From NCBI GenBank assembly GCA_012295275.1, contig CM022674.1, positions 3,968,001-4,032,000 on the forward strand: a DNA stretch of 64,000 bases, written 5' to 3'. The translations under genes and the position numbers were made by a program. Positions 11,232 to 22,795 of the stretch are shown in pieces. Within the stretch, counting starts at the first letter, position 1. The number at the start of each line of letters is the position of its first letter. The stretch is from Chrysomallon squamiferum (lineage: Eukaryota > Animalia > Mollusca). The notes under the pieces are model-generated. The model was not told the origin of the DNA. It saw only the letters and a program-made list of their open reading frames with translations, and did not search any database.

Positions 11232-12762
11232 TTAATAATAATAGTAAGAAGAAGAAGAAATAAATTATAATAAGAAATTTAGAAATAAAACTGGTAAAAA
11301 AAAAATGCATGTGTTTTATGTATATGTGTGAACAAACACCTACCTACCCATTAAATCTTTCTCCCCAATATTACCGCTAACTGACACATTTTTTTCCTAC
11401 TTGTCAGCCTTTCAGTGTTACTCATCAGTGTCTTTCTTTTACTTTCAGAATGTCAGCATTCTGGTCTTTCCAGAGAATGGTTTGTACGGGCCTCACTTCT
11501 TGCGGGAAGCTCTCTGGCCATACACGGAATACATCCCTGATCCCGAAACAGTCAAGCCCTGGAATCCATGCAGTCACCCAAATCGCTTCTCTCACACTGA
11601 AACACAGCACTTTCTGAGCTGCCTGGCCAAGAACAATTCCCTCTACATTGTCGCCAACGTTGCCAGCAACGAGCCTTGTGAAGGCAGCGGGTGTCCGAAG
11701 GATCAACATTTCCAGTACAGCGCTGATGTTGTGTACGACGATAAAGGGAAATTTGTCGCTCGCTATCTGAAACCAAATGTGATGGATGAGGAACAGTTCG
11801 ATGCTCCAGAGAAAGCAGATGCAGTATCCTTTAAGACTTCGTTTGGTAAATTTGGTTTGGTAACCAGCTGGGATTTGCTGTTCCACGATCCAGTGATGAC
11901 CCTTGTTGAAGATCATAAAATAAAGAATCTGATCCTGTTGGCCTCATGGAAGAACACATATCCATTTCTTACGTCGGTTCACTTCCATTCGGCCTTCGCT
12001 CTTAGGATGAAGGTCAATGTGATGGCAGCAAATTTGCATCTGCCGGAAGAGAATTTTCTAGGAAGTGGAATATATACACCACGAGGTCCTGCAGTTTATT
12101 ATTATAATAATTCCAAATCAGCTGGCAGGCTGCTTGTCTCCAAGTTAGATGAAGTTTCAGAAAATCCTTCTCTGATCACTTACGATATTCAGCCTGAGGT
12201 TCAAGAAAGCAACCATTCCTTTCAGTCCAAAGTAAACTATGACAACTTCACTCTCATCAGACTGACACAGAAAAAAGGAAATTCGAAAGTTTGCCAGAAA
12301 TCAGTCTGCTGCAGTTTGAAGTATTCACTCAAAGGCTCAGTACCTCAAGGGAATCGAACATTTGCCTTTGGTGTCTTTGATGGACTCCACACTCATCAAA
12401 GCTCTTACTATATTCAAGCATGTACCTTGCTGACCTGCAAAACAACAAATAATGGTCTTTCTTGTGGTTCCAACACGACTTTGGTCAACTCCACGTTCAC
12501 AGACATTCGCATAACTGGAACCTCGTTTCGTACCAAATACGTTTACCCCGAACTGCTCGTTTCTGTTAATGGAGTTATTTCCCTTGGATCGTTCGAGTTC
12601 GGCGACTATTCTTTGACAGTTAAAAATACCTCAGTCGATCTCGTGTCGGCGAATTTGTTTGCAAGAGTGTACACTAAAAGGACAAATGAAGCGAGCTCAT
12701 TGATGATAACTAAATTTTATTTGTTATTAGTTTTTATTTCAGTATTACCATTCCTTCACTGA
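10556..12762 (+). CDS. Vanin/pantetheinase (biotinidase family, CN-hydrolase) homologue with signal peptide and GPI-type tail, ~502 aa
   Basis: Coding exons 10556-10750 and 11449-12762 (phase 0, CAG|GTAAAA...TTTCAG). Motifs AVYEHAV, ILVFPENG, WNPC, LSCLAKNNSLYIVAN, ARYLK, FGKFG..DLLFHDP, GSGIY; Vanin C-terminal domain; hydrophobic C-terminus. Confidence 0.93.
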
Positions 12763-13023
12763 ATGTTTTGTAAATATATTTTTTTGTAAGTAAATTTGTT
12801 TTTATATTTATTGATCTTCTTCGTTAAAATGGGAAGTTTCTTAATTTAAAATAATAATAATAATAATAAAGAAGAAGAAGAAGAAGAAGAAGAAGAAGAA
12901 GAAGAAAAATGATAAAATTATCCACATAATTATAACTGTCTATATACAATTATATGAGAAATATAACAAATTGTTAATATTATATAATATATAAAATCAT
13001 GAAAACTGTATAAATATATATAA

Positions 13024-13104
13024 ATATGAACTGGAATTCGAAGCCACGATCCCAAAGAGACTGTAACATAATAATCAACATTTTAACAGATCAGCAACGT
13101 TACC
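13024..13104 (-). pseudogene. Highly decayed tRNA-Leu pseudogene
   Basis: tggaattcgaagccacgatcccaaagagactg...cagatcagcaacgttacc aligns end to end with the minus-strand Leu sequence (tgggattcgaacccacgcctccgaagagactg...ccgctcggccacgctacc); most differences are G/C to A/T. Confidence 0.7.
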
Positions 13105-13310
13105 TGTTGAAATCAATTTCACACAAATATTTCATTGAAAGCTGTAACAAAACTAATAAAAAACAAAAAAAAAAAAAAAAAAAACAAAACAGGTGTAAAT
13201 TTTGTAATAATATTCATTAATAATAAAATTTGACTGAAATGGGGTTGTCACAATTATTTTTTGATTGTAATGACCTATGCTTTAGCGGTGGTAAAATTGA
13301 TTTTTCCTGG

Positions 13311-13341
<31 letters not shown>

Positions 13342-13447
13342 GGCTTACGAATTATAAGCGTACACGTTTGTTACATTTTGTACACAAAAATCTTGGGTCG
13401 TAAATAAATTTAACAATAATATAATGATGTAGGACCAAAACAAACCA

Positions 13448-13482
<35 letters not shown>

Positions 13483-13499
13483 AAGTTAAAAATATCTTA

Positions 13500-13581
13500 T
13501 GGCAGCGGTGGGATTCGAACCCACGCCTCCGAGGAGACTGGTGCCTAAAACCAGCGCCTTAGACCGCTCGGCCACGCTACC
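13500..13581 (-). tRNA. trnL-TAG: tRNA-Leu (TAG)
   Basis: 82-nt intact cloverleaf; anticodon TAG; T-run terminator on the minus strand. Confidence 0.97.
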
Positions 13582-13944
13582 TATAACACACATTTAACTC
13601 TTACGAGACCTTGCTAATGAAATCTTATCACATTTCAATGTAGTTGTTAATTATAATGTACTGTTTTTCTCTTGCTTATGATATACAACATGTAAGTTTA
13701 TGGGGGTTTTCCGTCGATTAAACCGCAAATAATATTTTATATATATACGTATCCACCTTATTATAAATAGGAGATCACCATCGAACATTTCTGACTAATC
13801 AATTATTACAGTAACATAACATGCGGATGAATTTTATTTCTAATTATTTTATTTGTCTGATGATAGACTGATCCATTCATTTGTTCATTCATTTTATTTT
13901 GTGTTTGTATATGTTCACAATTCTTTCCTAGGGAGATATGTATA

Positions 13945-14077
<133 letters not shown>

Positions 14078-14270
14078 ATAAACATTAGAATGAAAATAGA
14101 TTATCCTGCTGAATAACCAGACTTCGTGTAATTATTTTGAATCCGGAATTTACTGCAGTACATAAAAGAGAAGATTTACGATAAAGCACATAAACACGTA
14201 CTTATTCCCATATCTTTGGAACCTTTGACATTCCTTCATTATCTAACTGATTTCTAGAAACACAAGGCAA

Positions 14271-14352
14271 GGTAGCGTGGCCGAGCGGTCTAAGGCGCTG
14301 GTTTAAGGCACCAGTCTCCTCGGAGGCGTGGGTTCGAATCCCACCGCTGCCA
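14271..14352 (+). tRNA. trnL-AAG: tRNA-Leu (AAG)
   Basis: Identical to 1077-1158; TTTT terminator downstream. Confidence 0.97.
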
Positions 14353-14537
14353 TTAACATTTTGTTTTCACAGCCAGTGATTATTGTTGATATTATTTATT
14401 CACTTTCCTGCGAATAAAGTTGCCAGTGTGATTTCTGTTAACATTATTAACATTATTTTATAATTATAATAATACAGATATGTTAAGAACTTTAATTCAG
14501 TCTTTTTATACAGCTTTAAAAAATGTGTTGTTATTAA

Positions 14538-14583
<46 letters not shown>

Positions 14584-15199
14584 TTTCTGTTAATATAAAT
14601 TTAAAAAATACCGAAAATGAATTTAAATATTTACCTCAGACTCCTGTGTATAAACAAATTACCATAAAGTTGCAAATTTTTCATTTAATTCAAATATTTT
14701 TAGCTTTCTTGAAATTTGCCATTATATCATTTGTCGGTAGCTATTCTACAACGCTGAAATGATAACAGAAGTGCATGACGTCATAATAGAAATAACGTCA
14801 TAATAATGGCTTACTGTAATAATGGCTGCATGGTTATTATTAAGAAAGGTAAATGGTTTATTGTTGTTCTTCTTTTTCTTCTTCTTCTTTAGCTATTTAT
14901 TTATTTATTTATTTATTTATTGTTACCATCATCATCGTTGTTGTTACCGTAATGCATTTATTTTCGTCAAGGTCTAGAGAAGTATTGTAATAGTAAGAAG
15001 AAGATTATTGGCCAGTAATCAAACATGCCATAAATATTTATATTTTATGTGCGGAACTGTTTTCTCTTGCAAGTATTTGTTAATAATATTTTGTTTTAAA
15101 GGTACACTATCATGAATTCCGGAGCGGTTACACCTTTCTTAAACGCGGAAGGTTCATTATAGGTAAAATGTTCTATGATGTAACGAATTTATTTATTTA

Positions 15200-15262
<63 letters not shown>

Positions 15263-15493
15263 TGTAATTGTAATATTAAGAAGAAGAAGAAGAAGAAATA
15301 AATAATAATAAGAATTTAGAAATAGACATAAGAAGATAAAAAAAATAATAATAATAATAAGCGCCCTAGCAGTTTCCAACCATCTCTCAAATTCGCGTTT
15401 GTAATATACACGCAAGTGGACAAACGCCCATCTCAAAGCAAGTAACAGTCATCACGAGCCACAGAAACGTCTGTGACGTCATAACACTTTCGT

Positions 15494-15509
15494 GGCGCCA
15501 GACAGTCTG
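15494..15509 (+). promoter_or_regulatory. BMP-responsive Smad1/Smad4(/Schnurri) element GRCGNC-N5-GTCTG
   Basis: GGCGCC-agaca-GTCTG is an exact match to the Dpp/BMP silencer consensus; adjacent CRE TGACGTCA at 15474-15481. Confidence 0.5.
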
Positions 15510-17633
15510 CTCGGGAAGCAGATTTAGTACCTAGAATAGCGGGAAAACCGATCGTTTGCTGAGGTAAACGCAGACGACAACGCAATAATCTTGAGCACAT
15601 CACAGAACAGACTAGACATTAATTCGTGTATACATCTGAAAGTATCAAACCTTGCCTCTTTCATGCATTCCTTTTATTCGCTTTATATGAAATCGTCGTT
15701 TATTTACGTTACTGTTCGCTATTTCAGCCGGTGCCAGTTTTACGGAAATTAACGAACGCAGAGACGAAGAATGTTGGAGAAGTACGTAAAGATATCAAGG
15801 CACAAATCGAAGGGCAAGAAACTGGGTGTTTCTGCATCTCGTCGTAAATTATTATTTGCATAACGCTCACACAAAGACCGATAGATTCTCTGATTAAGTC
15901 TTCGTGTGATATAATTCAGTATATCCCCATTGTTGTAACCACCATTCACTTCTTACTACTGCGAAAGTTAAAGACACCAATGATAACGTTTCTCGCTGAT
16001 ATCATTAGCACCATCATACAGCAACGACAGTACTGTTCTCACACGCATTCACACAGCCATAGTACAAACATCCTTGGCGGTACTATGTGATTTCTATCAT
16101 TGGATAAATGCCCAAATCCTAACTTATGAAATGTAATATTACACAGTCATACACCAGCCATATTTTAACGTACAGACTGGAACGAGCTGAGGTTCAGTGC
16201 TCAAAGAGCTCTTCTGATGATCAGTGGGTAACGTATCTCTTTATCGTTACGGTCAAAAATCCAAGGCTGGTTTATCGAAGCCGGTCGTATCTGCTACTCT
16301 TAACTGAGTGAAGATAGAAATAAAGGGACTCCTTGCTGTTTGTGATAATTGAGGCAGCGTGAAGCCGTGTTTTCTCTGACGTATCACTGCCGTGTGTAAC
16401 GTATATGTTAAATAGCTTATTAATAATACTGACATGAATTGCGTGTGTGTGTGGGGGTGGTGTGTGTGTCTGGGGGGTTAATGGATATTTATTTGTTCTG
16501 TTCTGTTTTGTTTTTGTTTTATCTTCATTAGAACAAGATTTTTGATCTTTAATAACTGTTCGCCACGCGAATATATAATAACAACGACGACGACAATAAT
16601 AACATCACAATATCAGTGATAATAATTATTAATAATAATAAGAAGAAGAAGAAGAAGAAGAAGAATACAATAATAATAATAGAAACTATAATAACAGTAA
16701 TGATAATAATGATTATGATGATGATGATGATGATAATAATAAGAAAAAGAAGAAGAAGTAGAAGAAGAAGAAGAAAACAATAATAATAATAGAAACTATA
16801 ATAATAACAATGATAATAATGATGATGATGATGGTAATAATAATAATAATAATAACAACAACAACAACAACAGCAACAACAACAACTTTTCTAAGACGCA
16901 AGAGGATTCGAACCAACTAAATAAATATAAAAATCAGTTTTACCGTCTACACTTTTCACTTAATCTTTAATCTCTGCTAATACCTAACTCGAATAACACA
17001 AACAAAATCATGACCATAATCTTAATCTTACTGATCGTAACAGTTTCACCTGATATTATTCTTTCTAATTCCAACCTGTGTACAGTAATGAAATGCATTC
17101 ATGAATTCTACGACAAGTCATAACAATGTTAATTTCACAGTATGAAATATATATATATATATATAAGTCTATTCGTTAGTGCAAATATTATTCTTAGTAT
17201 TAAGATTTCAATTAAGTTATCTGGTATTAAGATTTAACATTAACTAACAGATGGAGTTATTATTTTAAAGCGGATATATCTCAAAATAGTAATACCATAT
17301 TAAGTGTTAGCGTAATACAGAAAACAAATGTTTTAAGAAAGTCTGTTACTAATAAATATTGATCTTGATCTTGCTTCTGTTTGATTGCTGTATTGTTTAA
17401 CTAACACAAAGGCTGTGATAAATCCTAAATAAGATTATTTTATTTATGTTTCAAACTAATACTCATGTTACTGATTATGGCAGATAAGCACGTCCGAATT
17501 TTGTTCTTTCTTTTTCGTTTTACAACGACAACAACAACAATAAAAATAATAGTTATAGTAATATTACTATCAGTAGTAGTAGTAGTACTAGTAGTACTAG
17601 TAGTAGTATTTGTAGTAGTAGTAGTAGTAGTAA

Positions 17634-17691
<58 letters not shown>

Positions 17692-17735
17692 TGTATAGTC
17701 ACTTCATTTGCAAAATTTCTCATTATTGACCATAT

Positions 17736-17817
17736 GGTAGCGTGGCCGAGCGGTCTAAGGCGCTGGTTTAAGGCACCAGTCTCCTCGGAGGCGTGGGTTC
17801 GAATCCCACCGCTGCCA
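17736..17817 (+). tRNA. trnL-AAG: tRNA-Leu (AAG)
   Basis: Identical to 1077-1158. Confidence 0.97.
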
Positions 17818-19988
17818 GTATTATTATTATTATTGTTTTCTTGTTTCATTTCGCTGAATATAATATTCTGTTTTAACACTCATTTCAAAGTTATTATGCT
17901 AAATCAACAGTTTACTGACACAGTGCCCTAATACTCAGCGTACTTGATACATTTTAATAATATTTTATATATGTTAATTAAAGTGTTCTACAGGCAAGAG
18001 TCCCAGTGTGCATACTGTATTTGACTGAGTTACATTACATTACATTACTCAGCGTTTCTCTCTCTCTCTCTCTCTCTCTCTCTTCTTTGTTATTTTTTTC
18101 CATATTTTATTATATACAATCAGCAATTACATAAAAGTGATGACACTAAAATATATATTTTCATTTTTTGTAAATCATTAAATAAATAAGCCGTTACCTT
18201 TTGTTCTAGCAATTATTTCCCCTTTCACTCCCGCCGTAAGCAATCTGTTAACAGCGACACCTACCGGTTAAAGACATTCCGCCGTAGAACAAAAGGGAGC
18301 TCAATCTAAATGAATTTTTCTCTTTGTTGCCTTATTCCGACACTTTCTTAATTATTGTCGCGTGCGACTTCCCCGCTGGTGAAACACAATGTTCACCTTA
18401 ATCATGAATATGCATTAATTTTGCTTATACCTCTATCAATGGCTGAAGCAAGTTTTTGTTCGACAGGCTTTAGCCCCAAAAGTGTGAACTTCTGTCATAA
18501 ACAATTAAGACCAAACGTTCCCCAGATTATGATACGGCTTGATTGCGATGCTTCTATCCGTGTTGTCTTTTTACGGGTAACCTAGTCATATTCAGTCAAT
18601 ACATGCACCGATATTTCATTTTTCTCGATATATCTGAACATCGGAAGAGTTTAAGAGTTTTGATCTTGATTTGAAAAAAAAATGAAGAAGAAGATAATTG
18701 TGTGTGAAAAAAAAAATAATAATAAAATAAAAATGAACACAGTTTTACGCAATACAGTGAAAAAGAAGACTGATATATATATATATATATATTACAAGTG
18801 ATATGATTGCGTAGCTAAATGTACGTGCATACTTGGAGACAAATGCAGTTTTTGAAATGCTTTTCTCCATCGCCAGAGCAAATATAACAAAAGCAACGAT
18901 GGCGATTATATCAGCAACAACAACAACAACAATAATAATAATAATAATAATAGTAACAAAATTAACAATAACAATAACTCTAAATAATAAGAAAGAAAGT
19001 GAAAGAAGGTTAACAAAGTAAAAAAAAAAATTAAAATAAGAAATAATTAATGTTCATAAAAAGATTCTGAATTTATTTCACTAGTTAAAACCCTAAAGAT
19101 TTAAATCAAAAAGCGTTTTAATTATTTACATGATAACATGATTTACTCGATTTTTATTTATTTTATAAAAATAATGAAGATACAACAATACGCTTTGTCA
19201 TATAAAACACCACCACCCCCCGAAAAAAAAAATATATAAAAAAAACTGCACTTAGCGTAAACACCACACATCAGCGTTCTTTCAAATGTGAAACAGTAAA
19301 TGATCTGAGCTTTCAAATACAATTAAAACAACAAAAGAGCAAAATGAGTAAAATCACAACCAGTGCGAACATTTCACACGTTTAAACTTAAAAGCAAAAA
19401 ATTGTTTTCTTAGGCATTCATTGATAAACACCATCAAACGAAAAAGGCCTCTTGCAAGGCAACAAAAGAAAATAGTAATTAATATTAATTAGTGTTAATT
19501 CCGTGTTTCTTTGTTGCATTGTTTCCAGAGATTTTCTTTATTAACACTTTTAGCGTGAATGAAATAAAGGGAAATTAGAAAACAAATTAATACAATAACA
19601 ACTGTATTCGTGAAGTCACAAACCTGTTAACGGTTGTTTTAGTCTTTAGAGGAAAACAAAAGAAGTAATCAAGTGAATATTTTGAGATTATTCAGACATA
19701 AAAAGTTTAAGAATAAAAAAAAAAATGTTTTAGTGGATGAAACAATATTTGATTTATTGAATAAATTGAGTACTGAATCATGTTATTTATTTTCAGTTAT
19801 TTAAACAAAAAAAGTTAGAAGAAAAAAGAAACACACACACCCAAAAAGAAAAAAAAACAACAACAGCAATACAAAACAACAAAAAATAGCAAAAACCAAA
19901 ACATACTTAAACAAAATAATTTTTTATTAATTGTTTTCGTCTTCTTTTCTTCAAAGATCTCTTAATCTGTATTTATTCTTTTTCGTTT

Positions 19989-20020
<32 letters not shown>

Positions 20021-20289
20021 TTTTAATTTTCTGCAATGAAATTAATATATTAGTTTTAATAATTAATAATTTTAATTTTTGCATTGAAATAAAGTAATAA
20101 AGGAAGAAAAAAATCAGAGACAAGAGACAGAAAGAAAAATTTAAGAAGAGACAGAAAAAACAAGAAAAAAAAAAAAATATTAACAAAATAACACACAATG
20201 AAACAACTAAATAGATGAAAAAAAAAAAAAATAATAATAATAATAATTATAATTTAAAATAATTCGTCATAAATATAGTCAAAAAAACT

Positions 20290-20680
20290 GCAGAAAATGG
20301 CCAGTTTTCGACTGCAACTGTTTTCACAAGAATTAAAGCTACATGGCGGTTGCGTGCTTCGACCGTCCCCACGAACGAGTCGAAAAATCTCTCTATTGAC
20401 AAACTTAATTAACAGAGTTCTCGCGCGCAGCTATTTCTGTCGTCGAGTATGTTGCAGTTTGTCGTCACCGCACGGTCGCAGTGTGTTCACGAGCCGGCGA
20501 TGACGTCACAAAACGAGATCTCGCGCCCCGCGAGTACACGTTACTTCGTGGTATGAATGCAAAAAAATGGCGGCCACCATTCGTTACCGCTTCCCGTAAA
20601 CTTTACAGTGGCAAAAGCCGTGGGGGGGGGGGAGGACACGGAATGATGGCGTCAACTCGGTGCACTTATGATGGCATATA
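20290..20680. promoter_or_regulatory. CpG-rich promoter/enhancer-like island upstream of chordin
   Basis: Abrupt GC/CpG-rich block in an AT-rich background; CRE TGACGTCA 20501-20508, YY1-like AAAATGGCGG ~20564-20573, two TCTCGCGC motifs. Confidence 0.5.
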
Positions 20681-20805
20681 ATGCAAATTTAAATTTAAAA
20701 GTTAATTAATTTATTTTTTGAGGGGGGTGGTGGTGGTGGGTGTAAGAGTTATGAAGTTTCTTTAAATCTGCGATAAAATTTAGCCTAATCGTTAACAAAA
20801 CATCT

Positions 20806-20881
<76 letters not shown>

Positions 20882-22465
20882 TGTAGTAAGATTAATATTA
20901 AAACATATATATTCAGTCGCATTATTATTATTATTAGAACACAGACGCACACGCACACACACACATATACACAAGAAATTCCAGTTTGTCTGATTATCTA
21001 TGATCTGTGTAGGTATGCGTATTTAAGTCTGCATAAAATGTAGAAAATAGACAAGAAGATAAAGAGAAGAAAATAAACAAAGAAATTCAGTCATTGATAG
21101 TAATGCTAATGTTATTTAGTAATTTGTTTAAAATAGTAGTAGCAATAATATAAAAATAACAGTAATGATGATAAAGATGATGGTGATGACGATAATAATA
21201 ATAATAATAATAATAAGAAGAAGAAGAAAAAGAAGAAGAAGAAGAAAAAAAAGAAAGAAAGAAGAAAGAAAATAAAGAAAGAAAGAGAGAAAGAAAAAAG
21301 AAAGAAAGAAACAAACAGACAAAGAAACAAAGAAACAAACAAACAAACAAACAAATAAAGAAAGAAAGAAAGAAATATTTTTAAAAAGTAAATAATAAAA
21401 GTAAATTATATATATACATATATTTCTTTTCTATTCGTGCTTGGGTGTTATTTGTGCATGCAAGTGTGCAAAAAATCATATATACAAAAAGAAATACCAA
21501 AAAAGAAAAAAAAAAAAATGAAACCACATTCGTGTCATATAAACGTTCTTTCCACATCCCACCTTTTACACACACGTCAATGTATCAGATTTTCTAAACT
21601 CTGATCCTAATTAATCCATCAAAGTAGATAATAATAGGACGGACAGGTATTAAATGATATTACCAAGGTGAACTTTGCGTGTTAACTTGTAGTAAATATA
21701 TTACACAAGGCTTTAAATTTCTCTAAAGAACGTTTGTCGTTTTGTATACTCAAAAGGTCACATTTTTTATTTTATTTTTATTTTTTTTGTGGGGGGGATT
21801 TATTTTACAGCTATGGCTATATTATTCTGCACAACGTTTAGCTGGATTAATGTATTTTTTTATATATTTATTTAATTCTGTTCTGTTCTGTTCAGTCTTC
21901 TAGTTTTTACTTTTTATTTTTTTTATACTGATTTATTATTATTATATTAAACGATTGTCGTCTTTTACGTTCACGCTTTTTATTTATTTAACAATTTATT
22001 TGTTTATTTATTACTGATTTTTTTCTCTTTTTTTTTTTTCACGAAAGGCTGGATTAACAGGCAAACCTGCACTATACCGCAAATACGTGAACCGAAATTT
22101 TCCGAATAATGCCGCGCATCTTTGGCGAACATTGCCGATGTTTGGTTTCTTACGGTCTTGCTCAGCCTGTGTTATTATTCACCGTTCAACAGCGAAACAG
22201 TGAGACAGAGTGTATGAGAAAGAGAGGGAGAGAAAGAGAGAGAGAGAGAGAGAAAAAAAAACAACACAACAACACATGAGGCCATTTCGTTCCGGCGGCT
22301 AACGCAACCAAACACCTTAATTGAGATAATTCTAAGAACGCTTTGATGTCGAGCGGCAGAGAAAGGGGCAGCAGTGAACAAACCCCCTTTTCTACCCTAC
22401 TCAGGGATTGTTGTTTCTACCAAAGCAGGGCTGGGATTAACAAGGCCCCTCTCTTACGCTCAAGA

Positions 22466-22617
22466 CCAATCAAGGAATGCTTTAAAACGAGGACGGACCG
22501 GCTACTGTTATCAATTTGGAATAATCGACGAAGGAGACAGCATCTAGATTGTAACTCGTGATCAAGTTTTATTTTTCAATATTTTTTTAACAGTTAGAAA
22601 GCCTGTGTATATAAAAA
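22466..22617 (+). promoter_or_regulatory. Putative chordin core promoter (CCAAT + TATA)
   Basis: CCAAT at 22466-22470 and TATATAAAAA at 22608-22617, about 190 bp upstream of the ATG. Confidence 0.45.
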
Positions 22618-22795
22618 TACAGCCATCTACGAATACTGCGAGAAATAACCGGCCTAAGGTTTAAGAGGTCGTCCGCTCGTTTATTATCTTCATAATATAA
22701 TCTACGTATACAGTGATATATATATATATATATATACATATATATATACACATATCGACGTAAAGTTGTGTGTGAGATATATCAAGTATCTAACC

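Noticed and set aside
11425-11916. Antisense ORFs within vanin; likewise those antisense to chordin, SVBP and CA exons
   Set aside because: Shadow frames of real coding exons.
16895-16920. B-box-like GGATTCGAACC, and a similar GGATCGAATCC near 31492
   Set aside because: No A box or cloverleaf can be built around either; too short to call a tRNA or SINE.
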